Below, one piece after another: positions 55,652-64,000 of a DNA stretch of 64,000 bases. Made by a program: the position numbers and the translations under genes. The first letter of the stretch is position 1, and each line of letters begins with the position of its first letter. The notes under the pieces are model-generated. The model was not told the DNA's origin. It did not search any database and saw only the letters and a list, made by a program, of their open reading frames with translations. The stretch covers positions 384,001 to 448,000 of the forward strand of contig CAWHTE010000004.1 in the NCBI GenBank assembly GCA_963832165.1. Reading direction: 5' to 3'. The stretch comes from an uncultured delta proteobacterium (GTDB lineage Bacteria > Myxococcota_A > UBA9160 > SMWR01).

Positions 55652-57298
55652 TCAGCCGCCGCGTTGCCCTCGGTGGCGATGGTCGTCGTCATCGGGGCCG
55701 CCTCGGGGCTGCTGCTGTTGCTGCCGTTGCTGCTGTCGGTGCTGCTGGTGCGCTGCGCGCGACCGTTCCTGCTCCTCCCGCACGCGCTGTCGCTCGGCAT
55801 CGTGCTGCTGGCGCGCTGCGCGCTCCTGCTCCTGCTGCTGGGCGCGCTCCTGCTGGTGGGCACGCTCCTGCTGCTGAGCGCGCTCCTGCTGCTGGGCGCG
55901 CTCCTGCTGGTGGGCACGCTCCTGCTGCTGGGCGCGCTTCTGCTGCTGGGCTGCGCGCTCCTGCTCTCCGCGCTGCTGTTCGCGAGCGCGCTCTTCGTGC
56001 CGGGCGCGCTCCTGCTCGCGCTGCGCACGCTCCTGTTCCTGGCGTGCGCGCTGCTCCTCGCGCTGCTGCGCTCGTTCCTGCTGAACGGCGCGCTCGTCCC
56101 GCTGGCGGGCTCGCTGCTCTTGCTGAGCGCGCTCCTGCTCGCGCTGCGCACCCTCTTGCTCCTGGCGTGCGCGCTGCTCCTCGCGCTGCTGCGCTCGCTC
56201 CTGCTGGACGGCGCGCTCGCGGTCGCGTGTCGCCGCGCGCTCCTGTTGCTCGCGGGCTCGCTGTTCCTGCTGGACCTGCTCGCGGTCCTGCTGCGGCCGC
56301 GCGCGCTCCCGCTCCTGCTGGACGGCGCGCTCGCGGTCCGAGCCGCCGTCGGGCTGGGTCGCCTGCTCAGGCTCGCGGGGTGCCGCGCGATCGCGACTGC
56401 GATCACGGCTGCGCTCCACATCCGGCGTGCGATCCGGCTCCACCGCGCGCTCGCGGCGCCGTGCGTCGCGCGGCTCCGCTTCCGGACGCGCATAGCGCGG
56501 CGAGGAGGCCGCGGTCTCCACCACGCGCACCTGCCCGCGCTCGGCCCGGCTGGGATCCACGCGCAGCGCCTCTCTCGGATTCTCACGCAGCGCGTCGCGG
56601 CTCACGCGTTCGGTCGGAGCGACGCGCGGAACGCGATCGATCGACATCCGTTCGGGCCGGCGCTCCGCAACGCGCTCGATGCGCTGGACGTCGAGGCCGC
56701 GATTCACGACAACGTTGTTGTCGATCGAGATGTTGTTGATGATGGTGGTCTCGTTGTAGACGACCTGCGTTCGCGAGCGCGGCAATGAATAACGGCGGAG
56801 GTCGCGGTCGCAGAAACGGCTCTCGGGCACGAACACGAAGTAGTCGGGCTCGTAGTAGTCGTGGTAGGCGAACGACACGCCGATCGAGAAGCTCGGCGGC
56901 ACGGGCGCCCAGCCGATGTAGCTCGGCCCGGTGCGATACACGACCCACGCGGGCGCCCAGACGTAGCCGGGCACCCAGACCCAGCCGAGGCCCGGCTCGA
57001 TCACCCACGTTCCGTAGTGGAACGGAATCGCGCCCCACTGGTAGGTGGAGACCCAGGTCCATCCGAAATCGGTGTAGACCCAGTGTCCATACGAATACGG
57101 GTGCCAGTGCTGCACCTCGATATGGGGCTGCCAGACCTGGCCGAATCGGGCCGACATATGCCACCCGCCGTGCGGGCTCAGGCTGGAGTGGAAGAACTCG
57201 AAGGAGACCTCGCTGAACGCGGCCGATGGAGTGGCCCAGGCGAATACGGCCAACAACCCGATCGCCGCGATCGCGGTGCGGAATTTCTTGGACAGCAT
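55652..57298 (-). CDS. Secreted Trp/Tyr-rich repeat protein (DUF6600 / YXWGXW-like) with a long Gln/Glu/Arg tail
   Basis: Signal peptide; SLSPHGGW, W.PY..GHWVYTD.GWTWVS..WG..PFHYG.W, GWVWVPG..WAPAWV, IGWAP.PP; SD GGAGGAG. Confidence 0.82.
   Translation of the reverse strand: MLSKKFRTAIAAIGLLAVFAWATPSAAFSEVSFEFFHSSLSPHGGWHMSARFGQVWQPHIEVQHWHPYSYGHWVYTDFGWTWVSTYQWGAIPFHYGTWVIEPGLGWVWVPGYVWAPAWVVYRTGPSYIGWAPVPPSFSIGVSFAYHDYYEPDYFVFVPESRFCDRDLRRYSLPRSRTQVVYNETTIINNISIDNNVVVNRGLDVQRIERVAERRPERMSIDRVPRVAPTERVSRDALRENPREALRVDPSRAERGQVRVVETAASSPRYARPEAEPRDARRRERAVEPDRTPDVERSRDRSRDRAAPREPEQATQPDGGSDRERAVQQERERARPQQDREQVQQEQRAREQQERAATRDRERAVQQERAQQREEQRARQEQEGAQREQERAQQEQRARQRDERAVQQERAQQREEQRARQEQERAQREQERARHEERAREQQRGEQERAAQQQKRAQQQERAHQQERAQQQERAQQQERAHQQERAQQQEQERAARQQHDAERQRVREEQERSRAAHQQHRQQQRQQQQQPRGGPDDDDHRHRGQRGG
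55700..56340 (-). repeat. Low-complexity coding repeats: (QQQERA)n 18-bp units and a duplicated ~41-aa block
   Basis: ERAQQQ/ERAHQQ tandem units near 55820-55960; RAVQQERAQQREEQRARQEQE occurs twice. Confidence 0.85.
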
Positions 57299-57333
57299 GG
57301 AATGCACTCCTCCCCGGATTCACCCCTGACGGA

Positions 57334-57348
57334 GCAAGCCATGTGCCC
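57334..57348 (-). promoter_or_regulatory. Sigma54-type promoter
   Basis: gGGCAC-atggc-TTGC on minus, about 35 nt upstream of ATG 57298. Confidence 0.65.
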
Positions 57349-57392
57349 ATTCAGCCCGCGGCGCGCACGCGCCAGGAGCCAGAGGCAGCCTT

Positions 57393-57417
57393 CCCGATTG
57401 AACGATTTACAATCGGG
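57393..57417. promoter_or_regulatory. Inverted repeat: candidate activator site or lutC terminator
   Basis: CCCGATTG-N9-CAATCGGG straddling the lutC stop, 45-70 bp upstream of the sigma54 motif. Confidence 0.4.
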
Positions 57418-57919
57418 CTGCGGCGTCGAGCGCTAAATAGACATCCAGCGCGCGCGGGCCGTGGGCGCCGATCACGAGCGCCTGCTCGATGTCGGCGGTC
57501 TTGGATGGGCCCGCGACGAAGCAGCCGTAGTGCGCCGCGGCGGGGTCGATCCGCGCATAGGCACTGTGCAGATCGTCCACGAGCGCGGCCCGCGCGACCA
57601 CGAGGATCACACGGTCGGCCAGGAACGCGGCGCGGCGCTCGGCCTCGTCGCGCGGCACCCACCACACCGCACCGCTCTCGGCGACCGCGGGCCCACCCGC
57701 GAGCACGACCGTATCCGGCTCCGCGCCCGCGAGCGCGCGGTCGAGGGCAGCGCGATCGGCGAACGTCGTGAGTGCGCCGCCGGCTGCGCGCACGGCCTCC
57801 GCGAATGCCGCGACGGGATCGCCGAACGACACGGGAGTGCCCGCGAAGCCGTCGATCGGATCGGGCTCCGATCGCGTTGCCGCGAGGGCGGCGAGGATCT
57901 GGTCGCGGCTACTGCTCAC
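57407..57919 (-). CDS. lutC: Lactate utilization protein C (LUD domain)
   Basis: SSRDQIL, AVAESGAVW, FVAGPSKTADIEQALVIGAHGP. Confidence 0.9.
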   Translation of the reverse strand: MSSSRDQILAALAATRSEPDPIDGFAGTPVSFGDPVAAFAEAVRAAGGALTTFADRAALDRALAGAEPDTVVLAGGPAVAESGAVWWVPRDEAERRAAFLADRVILVVARAALVDDLHSAYARIDPAAAHYGCFVAGPSKTADIEQALVIGAHGPRALDVYLALDAAARL

Positions 57920-59276
57920 GCCGCTGCCTCCACTCGGTGCGGAAGCTCGCGCGCGGCAGCTCGGGGAGCGCGCGCGCGCGGGTCCAGCCCGGCGCGGCGC
58001 GCTCGAGCCAGCCGCTCGGCAGGAACCGCCCTGCGGCGCGCGCGAGTGAACCCGCGGCCGCCGTGGCGCGTGGGCTGCGCAGCACTCGCCCCGTAAACGC
58101 GAGCAGCCCGCGACGGAGCCTGCCCGCGTGCCCGGCATTCACGAGCTCGCCGCGCCACGCGAGCAGCTGGTGGTGGAGATCGATCTGCACCGGACATACG
58201 TCGGTGCACGACCCGCACAGGCTGCACGCGAACGGCAGGCTCGCATGCCGCGCGGGGTCGCGCGCGGGCTCGAGAATGCTGCCGATCGGGCCCGGCACGG
58301 TCGCGCCGTAGCTGTGCCCGCCGCTGCGCCGGTAGACCGGGCACGTGTTCATGCAAGCGCCGCAGCGGATGCACGCGAGCGCGCGGCGATGGGTGCGATC
58401 GGCGAGCAGCCGGCTGCGCCCGTTGTCGACGATCACGAGGTGCAGCTCGCCGCCCGGACGCGGGCCGTGGAAGTGCGAGGTGTAGGCCGTGATCGCCTGA
58501 CCCGTGGCCGAGCGCGCGAGCAGGCGCAGGAACACGGGCAGGTGCTCGACGCGCGGGATCAGCTTCTCGATGCCGAGGCACGCGATGTGCAGCGGCGGCA
58601 GTGCGGTGCCGAGATCGGCGTTGCCCTCGTTCGTGCACACGACGATGCCGCCCGTCTCGGCGATCGCGAAGTTCACGCCCGTGAGGCCGGCCTCCGCGGC
58701 GAGGAACTTCTCGCGCAGATGTGCGCGCGCGACGGCCGTGAGCGCCGTGGGGTCGTCGAGGCCCAGCTCGCTGCCGAGCTCGAAGTGGAACAGCGCGCCG
58801 ATCTCGGCGCGCTTGAGGTGGATTGCGGGGAACACGATGTGGCTGGGCGGCTCGTGCCGCAGCTGCACGATCCGCTCGCCGAGATCGGTGTCGACCACCT
58901 CGATGCCGCGCGCCTCGAGGTAGCTGTTCAGGCCGCACTCCTCGGTGAGCATCGATTTGCTCTTCACGAGGCGGGACGCGCCATGTGCCGCGAGCAGTCC
59001 GTGGACGATCCGGTTGTGCTCGGCCGCGTCGCGCGCCCAGTGCACCTGCGCGCCGCTCGCAGTGGCGGCCGCTTCGAAGCGCTCGAGGTAGTGGCCGAGG
59101 TGATCGAGCGTGTGGGTCTTGATCGCGGCTGCGCACTCGCGCAGCGCCTCCCATTCCGGCAGCGCGCGCGCGGCGCGGTCGCGCTTCTCGCGCACGAACC
59201 AGAGCGACTCGTCGTGCCAGTGCGCGCGCGCTTCGTTTGCGGTGAATCGCGCCGCGGCAGAGGGATGGTCGCTCAC
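57909..59276 (-). CDS. lutB: Lactate utilization protein B (Fe-S)
   Basis: VKSKSMLTEEC, DTDLGERIVQL..EPPSHIV.PAIH, CIRCGACMNTCPVY, CSLCGSCTDVCPV. Confidence 0.93.
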   Translation of the reverse strand: MSDHPSAAARFTANEARAHWHDESLWFVREKRDRAARALPEWEALRECAAAIKTHTLDHLGHYLERFEAAATASGAQVHWARDAAEHNRIVHGLLAAHGASRLVKSKSMLTEECGLNSYLEARGIEVVDTDLGERIVQLRHEPPSHIVFPAIHLKRAEIGALFHFELGSELGLDDPTALTAVARAHLREKFLAAEAGLTGVNFAIAETGGIVVCTNEGNADLGTALPPLHIACLGIEKLIPRVEHLPVFLRLLARSATGQAITAYTSHFHGPRPGGELHLVIVDNGRSRLLADRTHRRALACIRCGACMNTCPVYRRSGGHSYGATVPGPIGSILEPARDPARHASLPFACSLCGSCTDVCPVQIDLHHQLLAWRGELVNAGHAGRLRRGLLAFTGRVLRSPRATAAAGSLARAAGRFLPSGWLERAAPGWTRARALPELPRASFRTEWRQRREQ

Positions 59277-60013
59277 GCCGAGGCCTCCGCGAGGATCTCG
59301 GCCACGTGCACGGCGCGCAGCGGAATCCCTTCGCGCCGGGCAATGCCGTCGAGATGCGCGAGGCAGGACACGTCCGTAGCCGTGATCACGTCGGCGCCCG
59401 CGGCGCGCTGCGCGCGCACGCGGTCGCGGCCCATCATCCCGGAGACCGCGGATTCCGTCACCGCGAACGAGCCGCCGAAGCCGCAGCACTCATCGCTGCG
59501 CGCAGGCTCCACGAGCGCGATGCCGTCGAGCGAGCCGAGCAGCGCGCGGGCCGGGTCGCGGATCTCCACGGCGCGTTCGCTGCTCGTGCCGAGCCGCAGC
59601 TCGCGCAGCCCGTGGCAGCTCGGATGCAGCGCCACGCGGTGCGGATAGCGGCCCGCGATCCGGTCCACGCCGAGCACGTCCACCGCGAACTCGCACAGCT
59701 CGCGCACGCGGCCGAGCGCCGCCGTGCGCGCGTCGCCGGGCAGGAGATGCGCGTAATGCCGGCGCGCGGTTGCGACGCAGCTCGCCGAGGGCGACACCAC
59801 GTGATCGGCGTGCGCGAACACGTCGAGGAAACGCTGTGCGAGCGGGCGCGCCGCATCGGGGTGGCCGGCGGTCAAGAGCGGTTGACCACAGCAGGCCTGC
59901 GCCGCATCGAACGCGACTTGGCAGCCGAGGCGCTCGAGCACGGCCACGGTCGCCCAGGCCACGCGCGGAAACAGCTGATCCACGTAGCAGGGCACGAACA
60001 GGGCGACCTTCAC
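59273..60013 (-). CDS. lutA: Lactate utilization protein A (CCG domains)
   Basis: VALFVPCYVDQ, QACCGQP, HPSCHGLRELR, ECCGFGGSF, DVSCL.HL.G. Confidence 0.92.
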   Translation of the reverse strand: MKVALFVPCYVDQLFPRVAWATVAVLERLGCQVAFDAAQACCGQPLLTAGHPDAARPLAQRFLDVFAHADHVVSPSASCVATARRHYAHLLPGDARTAALGRVRELCEFAVDVLGVDRIAGRYPHRVALHPSCHGLRELRLGTSSERAVEIRDPARALLGSLDGIALVEPARSDECCGFGGSFAVTESAVSGMMGRDRVRAQRAAGADVITATDVSCLAHLDGIARREGIPLRAVHVAEILAEASA

Positions 60014-60079
60014 GCGCACTCCGGTTGATTGGCTGGCCCGAGTAGTCTAGAAGGTTGAGTCCGCGCGGAGGTATCCCGT

Positions 60080-60973
60080 TTGCAGATCGGCATGACGCTC
60101 CCCTGCATGGTCCGCGGCTTCGACCGCAAGTCGATCGTCGCCTGGTGCCGCCGGGTGGACGAGGGCCCGTTCTCGAGTCTCGCGGTCGGCGAGCGCGTCA
60201 CCTACCACAGCACCGAGATGCGCACGCTGATCGCTGCGGCCGCCGCACTCACCGAGCGCGTGCGGATCGTCCCGACGCTCTACATCCTGCCAATGCACCC
60301 CACGGCGTTGGTCGCGAAGGAGGTGGCGACCCTCGACGTGATCTCGAACGGGCGCGTGACGCTTACGGTCGGAGTGGGCGGCCGAGAGCACGACTACCGC
60401 GCGGCCGAGAAGCCGTTCAAGGGCCGCTTCCGGCGACTCGACGAGCAGGTCGCGGAGCTGCGTCGGCTGTGGGCGGGCGAGCTGCCGTTTCCGGGCGCGG
60501 AACCAATCGGGCCGCCGCCCGTGCAGCAGGGCGGCCCGCCGATCTGGTCGGGCGCGTTCGGTCCGAAGTCGCTGCGCCGCGCGGCGGCGTGGGCGGACGG
60601 CGTGATGGGGTTCTCCACCGCGGGCGATGCCGCGGAGGTCGCGTCGGCATTCGAGCTCGTGCTCGCGGCGTGGCGCGATGCGGGCGTGTCGGGCACGCCG
60701 CGTCTGGTCACGGGCTTCTGGTATGCGCTCGGTCCTGACGCGGAAGATCGCCTGCGCAGCTACGTGTTCGACTATCTGAAGCTGTTCGGCGAGGCGCCCG
60801 CGCGCGCGATGGCGGAGCGGTGCCGAATCTCGTCGGTCGAGCGCTTCCGCGAGTGCGTCGATGCGATCGCGGCGCTCGGCGCAGACGAGCTGATCCTCGT
60901 GCCCACGACCGCGGATCCGTCCGAAATGGATCGCACCGTCGAAGCCCTCGCGGGCTGCAAGGGACTCTCATGA
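60080..60973 (+). CDS. LLM-class flavin-dependent oxidoreductase
   Basis: GPFSSL.VGER, AKEVATLDVISNGR.TL.VGVGGR..DY, RAAAWADG; TTG start after GGAGG. Confidence 0.87.
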   Translation: MQIGMTLPCMVRGFDRKSIVAWCRRVDEGPFSSLAVGERVTYHSTEMRTLIAAAAALTERVRIVPTLYILPMHPTALVAKEVATLDVISNGRVTLTVGVGGREHDYRAAEKPFKGRFRRLDEQVAELRRLWAGELPFPGAEPIGPPPVQQGGPPIWSGAFGPKSLRRAAAWADGVMGFSTAGDAAEVASAFELVLAAWRDAGVSGTPRLVTGFWYALGPDAEDRLRSYVFDYLKLFGEAPARAMAERCRISSVERFRECVDAIAALGADELILVPTTADPSEMDRTVEALAGCKGLS

Positions 60974-61839
60974 GATTCTGCGCGTCGCTCGCGTTCACGG
61001 ACACCGAGGATTATGTCGAGCTCGCGCAGGTCGCCGAGGAGCACGGTTGGGACACGCTCGTGCTCTCCGACCACCTCGTGCATCCCGAGTCGATCGAGTC
61101 GAAGTATCCCTATCGCGACGACGGTCAGCGTCCCTGGGAGGCGCCCGATCACTGGCCCGACAACTGGGTCGCGATGGGCGCGATGGGCGCCGCGACGAAG
61201 CGGCTGCGCTTCCTCACGGGCGTGTACGTGGTGCCGATGCGCCATCCGCTGCATCTCGCCAAGGCGATCGGCACCGCCGCGGTGCTCACCGGCTATCGCG
61301 TCTCGCTCGGGCTCGGCCTCGGCTGGATGCGCGACGAGTTCGAGCTGCTCGGGGAGGACTTCGATACCCGGGCCGCGCGCACCACGGAGATGCTGGAGGT
61401 GATGCGCAAGCTCTGGACCGGCGAGATGGTCGATCACCACGGGCGATTCTTCGACTTCGACCGCCTCAACATGCGCCCGCCCGTGCGCGGATCGATTCCG
61501 CTGCTCGTGGGCGGCGTCACCGACGCGGCGCTGCGCCGCGCGGCGCGGCTCGCCGACGGCTGGATCCCGCACGCGATCAGCACCGCAGAGGCGCGCGACC
61601 ACATCGCGGCGATCCGGCGCTACCGCGTCGAGTTCGGGCGCTCGCCGGATCCGCTCACGGCGGTGGTGCCGCTGCTCGACGCATTCGAGCCCGACGGCTA
61701 TCGCCGTGCCGAGGACGTGGGAGTGACCCACGTGCTCACCACGCCCTGGGTGATCTACGGAGGCTCACACCGCTCGCTCGCCGACAAACGGGATGGCCTG
61801 CGGCGGTTCGCGGACGACGTGATCGCGAAGATGGGCTGA
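60970..61839 (+). CDS. LLM-class oxidoreductase (probably F420-dependent)
   Basis: SDHLVHP...SKYPY, MRHPL.LAK, GLGWMRDEF, ADGWI; ATGA overlap with the upstream stop. Confidence 0.88.
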   Translation: MRFCASLAFTDTEDYVELAQVAEEHGWDTLVLSDHLVHPESIESKYPYRDDGQRPWEAPDHWPDNWVAMGAMGAATKRLRFLTGVYVVPMRHPLHLAKAIGTAAVLTGYRVSLGLGLGWMRDEFELLGEDFDTRAARTTEMLEVMRKLWTGEMVDHHGRFFDFDRLNMRPPVRGSIPLLVGGVTDAALRRAARLADGWIPHAISTAEARDHIAAIRRYRVEFGRSPDPLTAVVPLLDAFEPDGYRRAEDVGVTHVLTTPWVIYGGSHRSLADKRDGLRRFADDVIAKMG

Positions 61840-61845
61840 CCCGCG

Positions 61846-63204
61846 GTGGCCGCTCCTGGGCATGGGATCCCGTTCACCGGAGCGCTGCGCGTCTGGGCGC
61901 GCGTGGCGTTGAACAGCTTCGGCGGCCCGACCGGACAGATCGCGGTGATGCACCGGATCCTCGTCGAGGAGAAGCGCTGGATCAGCGAGGAGCGCTTCCT
62001 CCATGCGCTCTCGTACTGCATGCTGCTGCCGGGACCCGAGGCGCAGCAGCTTGCGACCTACGTGGGCTGGCTCCTGCACCGCACGCTCGGCGGACTCGTC
62101 GCGGGCGCGCTGTTCGTGCTGCCCGGCTTCGTCACGATCCTCGTGCTCTCGCTCGTCTACACCGCCTACGGTCACCTGCCGCTCGTCGAGGGGATCTTCT
62201 TCGGGATCAAGCCCGCCGTGCTCGCGCTCGTGCTCGAGGCCCTGCTGCGGATCGGCCGGCGTGCGCTCAGCCACGCGATCCAGGTCGGCATCGCCGCGCT
62301 CGCGTTCGCGGCGATCTTCTGCTTCGAGGTCGGCTTCCCCTGGATCGTGCTCGCGGCGGGGCTCGTGGGTCTCGTGGGTTCGGGACTGTTCCCGGCCGCC
62401 TTCCGGCCGCCGCCGCCCGCGGCGCCGGCCGGCGCGGAACCGGTGGTGGACGCGCTGCTCGACCGCGAGACGCCCGAGCACACGCGGCCGAACGCGGCGC
62501 GCGCCGCGCGCGTCGCGGTGCTGTGGCTCGTGCTCTGGTGGACCCCCGTGGCGCTCGTCGCCTGGGCGCGTGGCGGTGCGGACATCTTCACCGAGATCGG
62601 CGTGTTCTTCAGCAAGCTCGCCGTGGTCACGTTCGGCGGCGCGTACGCCGTGCTCGCGTACATGGCGCAGCAGGCCGTCGAGGTGAAGGGCTGGCTCTCG
62701 CCGCGCGAGATGCTCGACGGCCTCGGCATGGCCGAGACGACGCCGGGGCCGCTGATCCAGGTGGTCCAGTTCGTCGGCTTTCTCGGCGCGTACCGGAACG
62801 CGGGAGAGCTCGCGCCCTGGGTCGCAGGCACGCTGGCCGCGCTGCTCACGACCTGGGTGACGTACGTTCCGTGCTTCCTGTGGATCTTCGTGGGCGCGCC
62901 CTACGTCGAGCGCCTGCGCGAGAGCCGTCCCCTGCGCGGTGCGCTCGCGGGGATCATGGCCGCGGTGGTGGGCGTGATCCTGAACCTCGCGATCTGGTTC
63001 TCACTCCATACCCTGTTTGGAGTCGTGAACGAAAAGCGATTCGGCGCGCTCGTGCTCCCGTCGCCCGATCTGGCGACGCTCGACGTCGCGGCGGCCGTGA
63101 TCGCGATCGGCGCCGCGATCGCCACGCTGCGCTTCCACACCGGAATGCTGCGGCTGATCGCGGCGTGCGCGGCGGCGGGCGTCGCGTGGCGGCTGCTGGC
63201 CTGA
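61846..63204 (+). CDS. chrA: Chromate efflux transporter (long-chain CHR)
   Basis: SFGGPTGQIAVMH, LLPGPEAQQLA.Y.GW, TFGGAYAVL, GLGMAETTPGPLI. Confidence 0.93.
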   Translation: MAAPGHGIPFTGALRVWARVALNSFGGPTGQIAVMHRILVEEKRWISEERFLHALSYCMLLPGPEAQQLATYVGWLLHRTLGGLVAGALFVLPGFVTILVLSLVYTAYGHLPLVEGIFFGIKPAVLALVLEALLRIGRRALSHAIQVGIAALAFAAIFCFEVGFPWIVLAAGLVGLVGSGLFPAAFRPPPPAAPAGAEPVVDALLDRETPEHTRPNAARAARVAVLWLVLWWTPVALVAWARGGADIFTEIGVFFSKLAVVTFGGAYAVLAYMAQQAVEVKGWLSPREMLDGLGMAETTPGPLIQVVQFVGFLGAYRNAGELAPWVAGTLAALLTTWVTYVPCFLWIFVGAPYVERLRESRPLRGALAGIMAAVVGVILNLAIWFSLHTLFGVVNEKRFGALVLPSPDLATLDVAAAVIAIGAAIATLRFHTGMLRLIAACAAAGVAWRLLA

Positions 63205-63206
63205 GC

Positions 63207-64000
63207 TCACCCGAGCTGTCCGTGCTCCAGGTCGTCGCCGTCGCGCTCGCGCTCGCGGCCGATCAGCACCGGCGCCTCGAGCGTGGCCGGCCGCACGGTG
63301 CGCTCGCTCTGCGCGAACACGCTGAACTGCATCAGGCGCAGCCGGACGGTGGCGCCCGCACGGAAGTGCGGCACGTCGTGGTGGAGGTGCGGCAGCTCGA
63401 CCAGTAGTCGCGTCTGGCCCGCGATCGTATCCGCCGTCGCGCGCACGATCGGACCCGTGCGCTGCACCGAGGTCACGAGCGCGTCCACGCCGGCCTGCCC
63501 CGTCTCGGCGAGTCGCAGGTCGCCCGGCCGCACGTAAACGTCGACGGGCCCGCTCGGATGGATGCTGTCGATCACGAGCGTGTGCTCGGCGCCCGGCAGC
63601 CGGAGCTGTCGCCCGGTCAGCTCCGCGGGCAGCACGTTGGTGTCGCCGAGGAAGTCGAACACGAACGGCGTCGCGGGGCGCTCGTAGAGCTCGTCGGTCG
63701 AGCCGACCTGCTCGATCCGGCCGCGGTTCAACACCACGACGCGATCCGCGAGCTCGAGCGCCTCCTCCTGGTCGTGCGTCACGAACAGCGTGGTGAGGCG
63801 CAGCTCCTCGTGGAGCCGCCGCAGCCAGCGCCGCAGGTCCTTGCGCACACGCGAGTCGAGCGCGCCGAACGGCTCGTCGAGCAGCAGCACACGCGGCTCC
63901 ACCGCGAGCGCACGCGCGAGCGCGACGCGCTGGCGCTGGCCGCCCGAGATCTGGGTGGGCATGCGGCCCGCGAGTCCGTCGAGCTGCACGAGGCGCAAGA
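63207..64000 (-). CDS. cysA: Sulfate/thiosulfate ABC transporter ATP-binding subunit (5' truncated by window edge)
   Basis: [63 protein letters not shown]-like tail. Confidence 0.88.
   Translation of the reverse strand, partial: LRLVQLDGLAGRMPTQISGGQRQRVALARALAVEPRVLLLDEPFGALDSRVRKDLRRWLRRLHEELRLTTLFVTHDQEEALELADRVVVLNRGRIEQVGSTDELYERPATPFVFDFLGDTNVLPAELTGRQLRLPGAEHTLVIDSIHPSGPVDVYVRPGDLRLAETGQAGVDALVTSVQRTGPIVRATADTIAGQTRLLVELPHLHHDVPHFRAGATVRLRLMQFSVFAQSERTVRPATLEAPVLIGRERERDGDDLEHGQLG

Noticed and set aside
55820..55960. CRISPR-like array
   Set aside because: Contiguous in-frame 18-bp coding repeats without unique spacers; no cas genes
55478..56788. 436-aa Leu-rich ORF on plus that looks like a membrane protein
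   Set aside because: It is the antisense shadow of CAG/GAG repeats in the minus-strand gene, which has the signal peptide, SD and recognisable domain
1..64000. Many long overlapping Arg/Ala/Gly-rich ORFs in the six-frame track
   Set aside because: Expected shadows in high-GC DNA; each overlaps a gene with clear family motifs

Overview
High-GC bacterial chromosome segment, gene-dense, with no rRNA, tRNA, CRISPR array, integrase or transposase that I can recognise. Gene content suggests a Gram-negative Myxococcota/deltaproteobacterial-type organism (inference). About 20 scattered indels break otherwise intact genes, which suggests a long-read or metagenome consensus. The backbone is a lipid/steroid catabolic repertoire: six acyl-CoA dehydrogenases including alpha/beta pairs, an IpdC-like flavoenzyme, a MaoC pair, three CaiB/BaiF CoA transferases, three enoyl-CoA hydratases, SDRs, a P450 and six LLM oxidoreductases. 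Cell-surface genes are interleaved: a TonB-dependent receptor, a beta-barrel, a TPR lipoprotein, a sulfatase-like enzyme, four PEP-CTERM proteins and two ThuA proteins sharing a TSP3+dockerin tail. Also present are DUF47-PiT-ferritin/VIT1, yghU-DUF1993-cysK/glutaredoxin fusion, lutABC, chrA and cysA. The most notable unexplained signals are: (1) two secreted enzymes with the same Cys-clamped dockerin tag; (2) a family of tandem-G.A / GNA-triloop hairpins at gene junctions, always on the sense strand; (3) a ~115-nt structured intergenic RNA candidate next to a very acidic 99-aa protein; (4) a PEP-CTERM gene bracketed by a diverged 57-bp duplicate of the upstream gene's 3' end; (5) frequent leaderless-type -10 boxes, including a symmetric bidirectional one. 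All family assignments come from motif recognition by eye; no searches were run.
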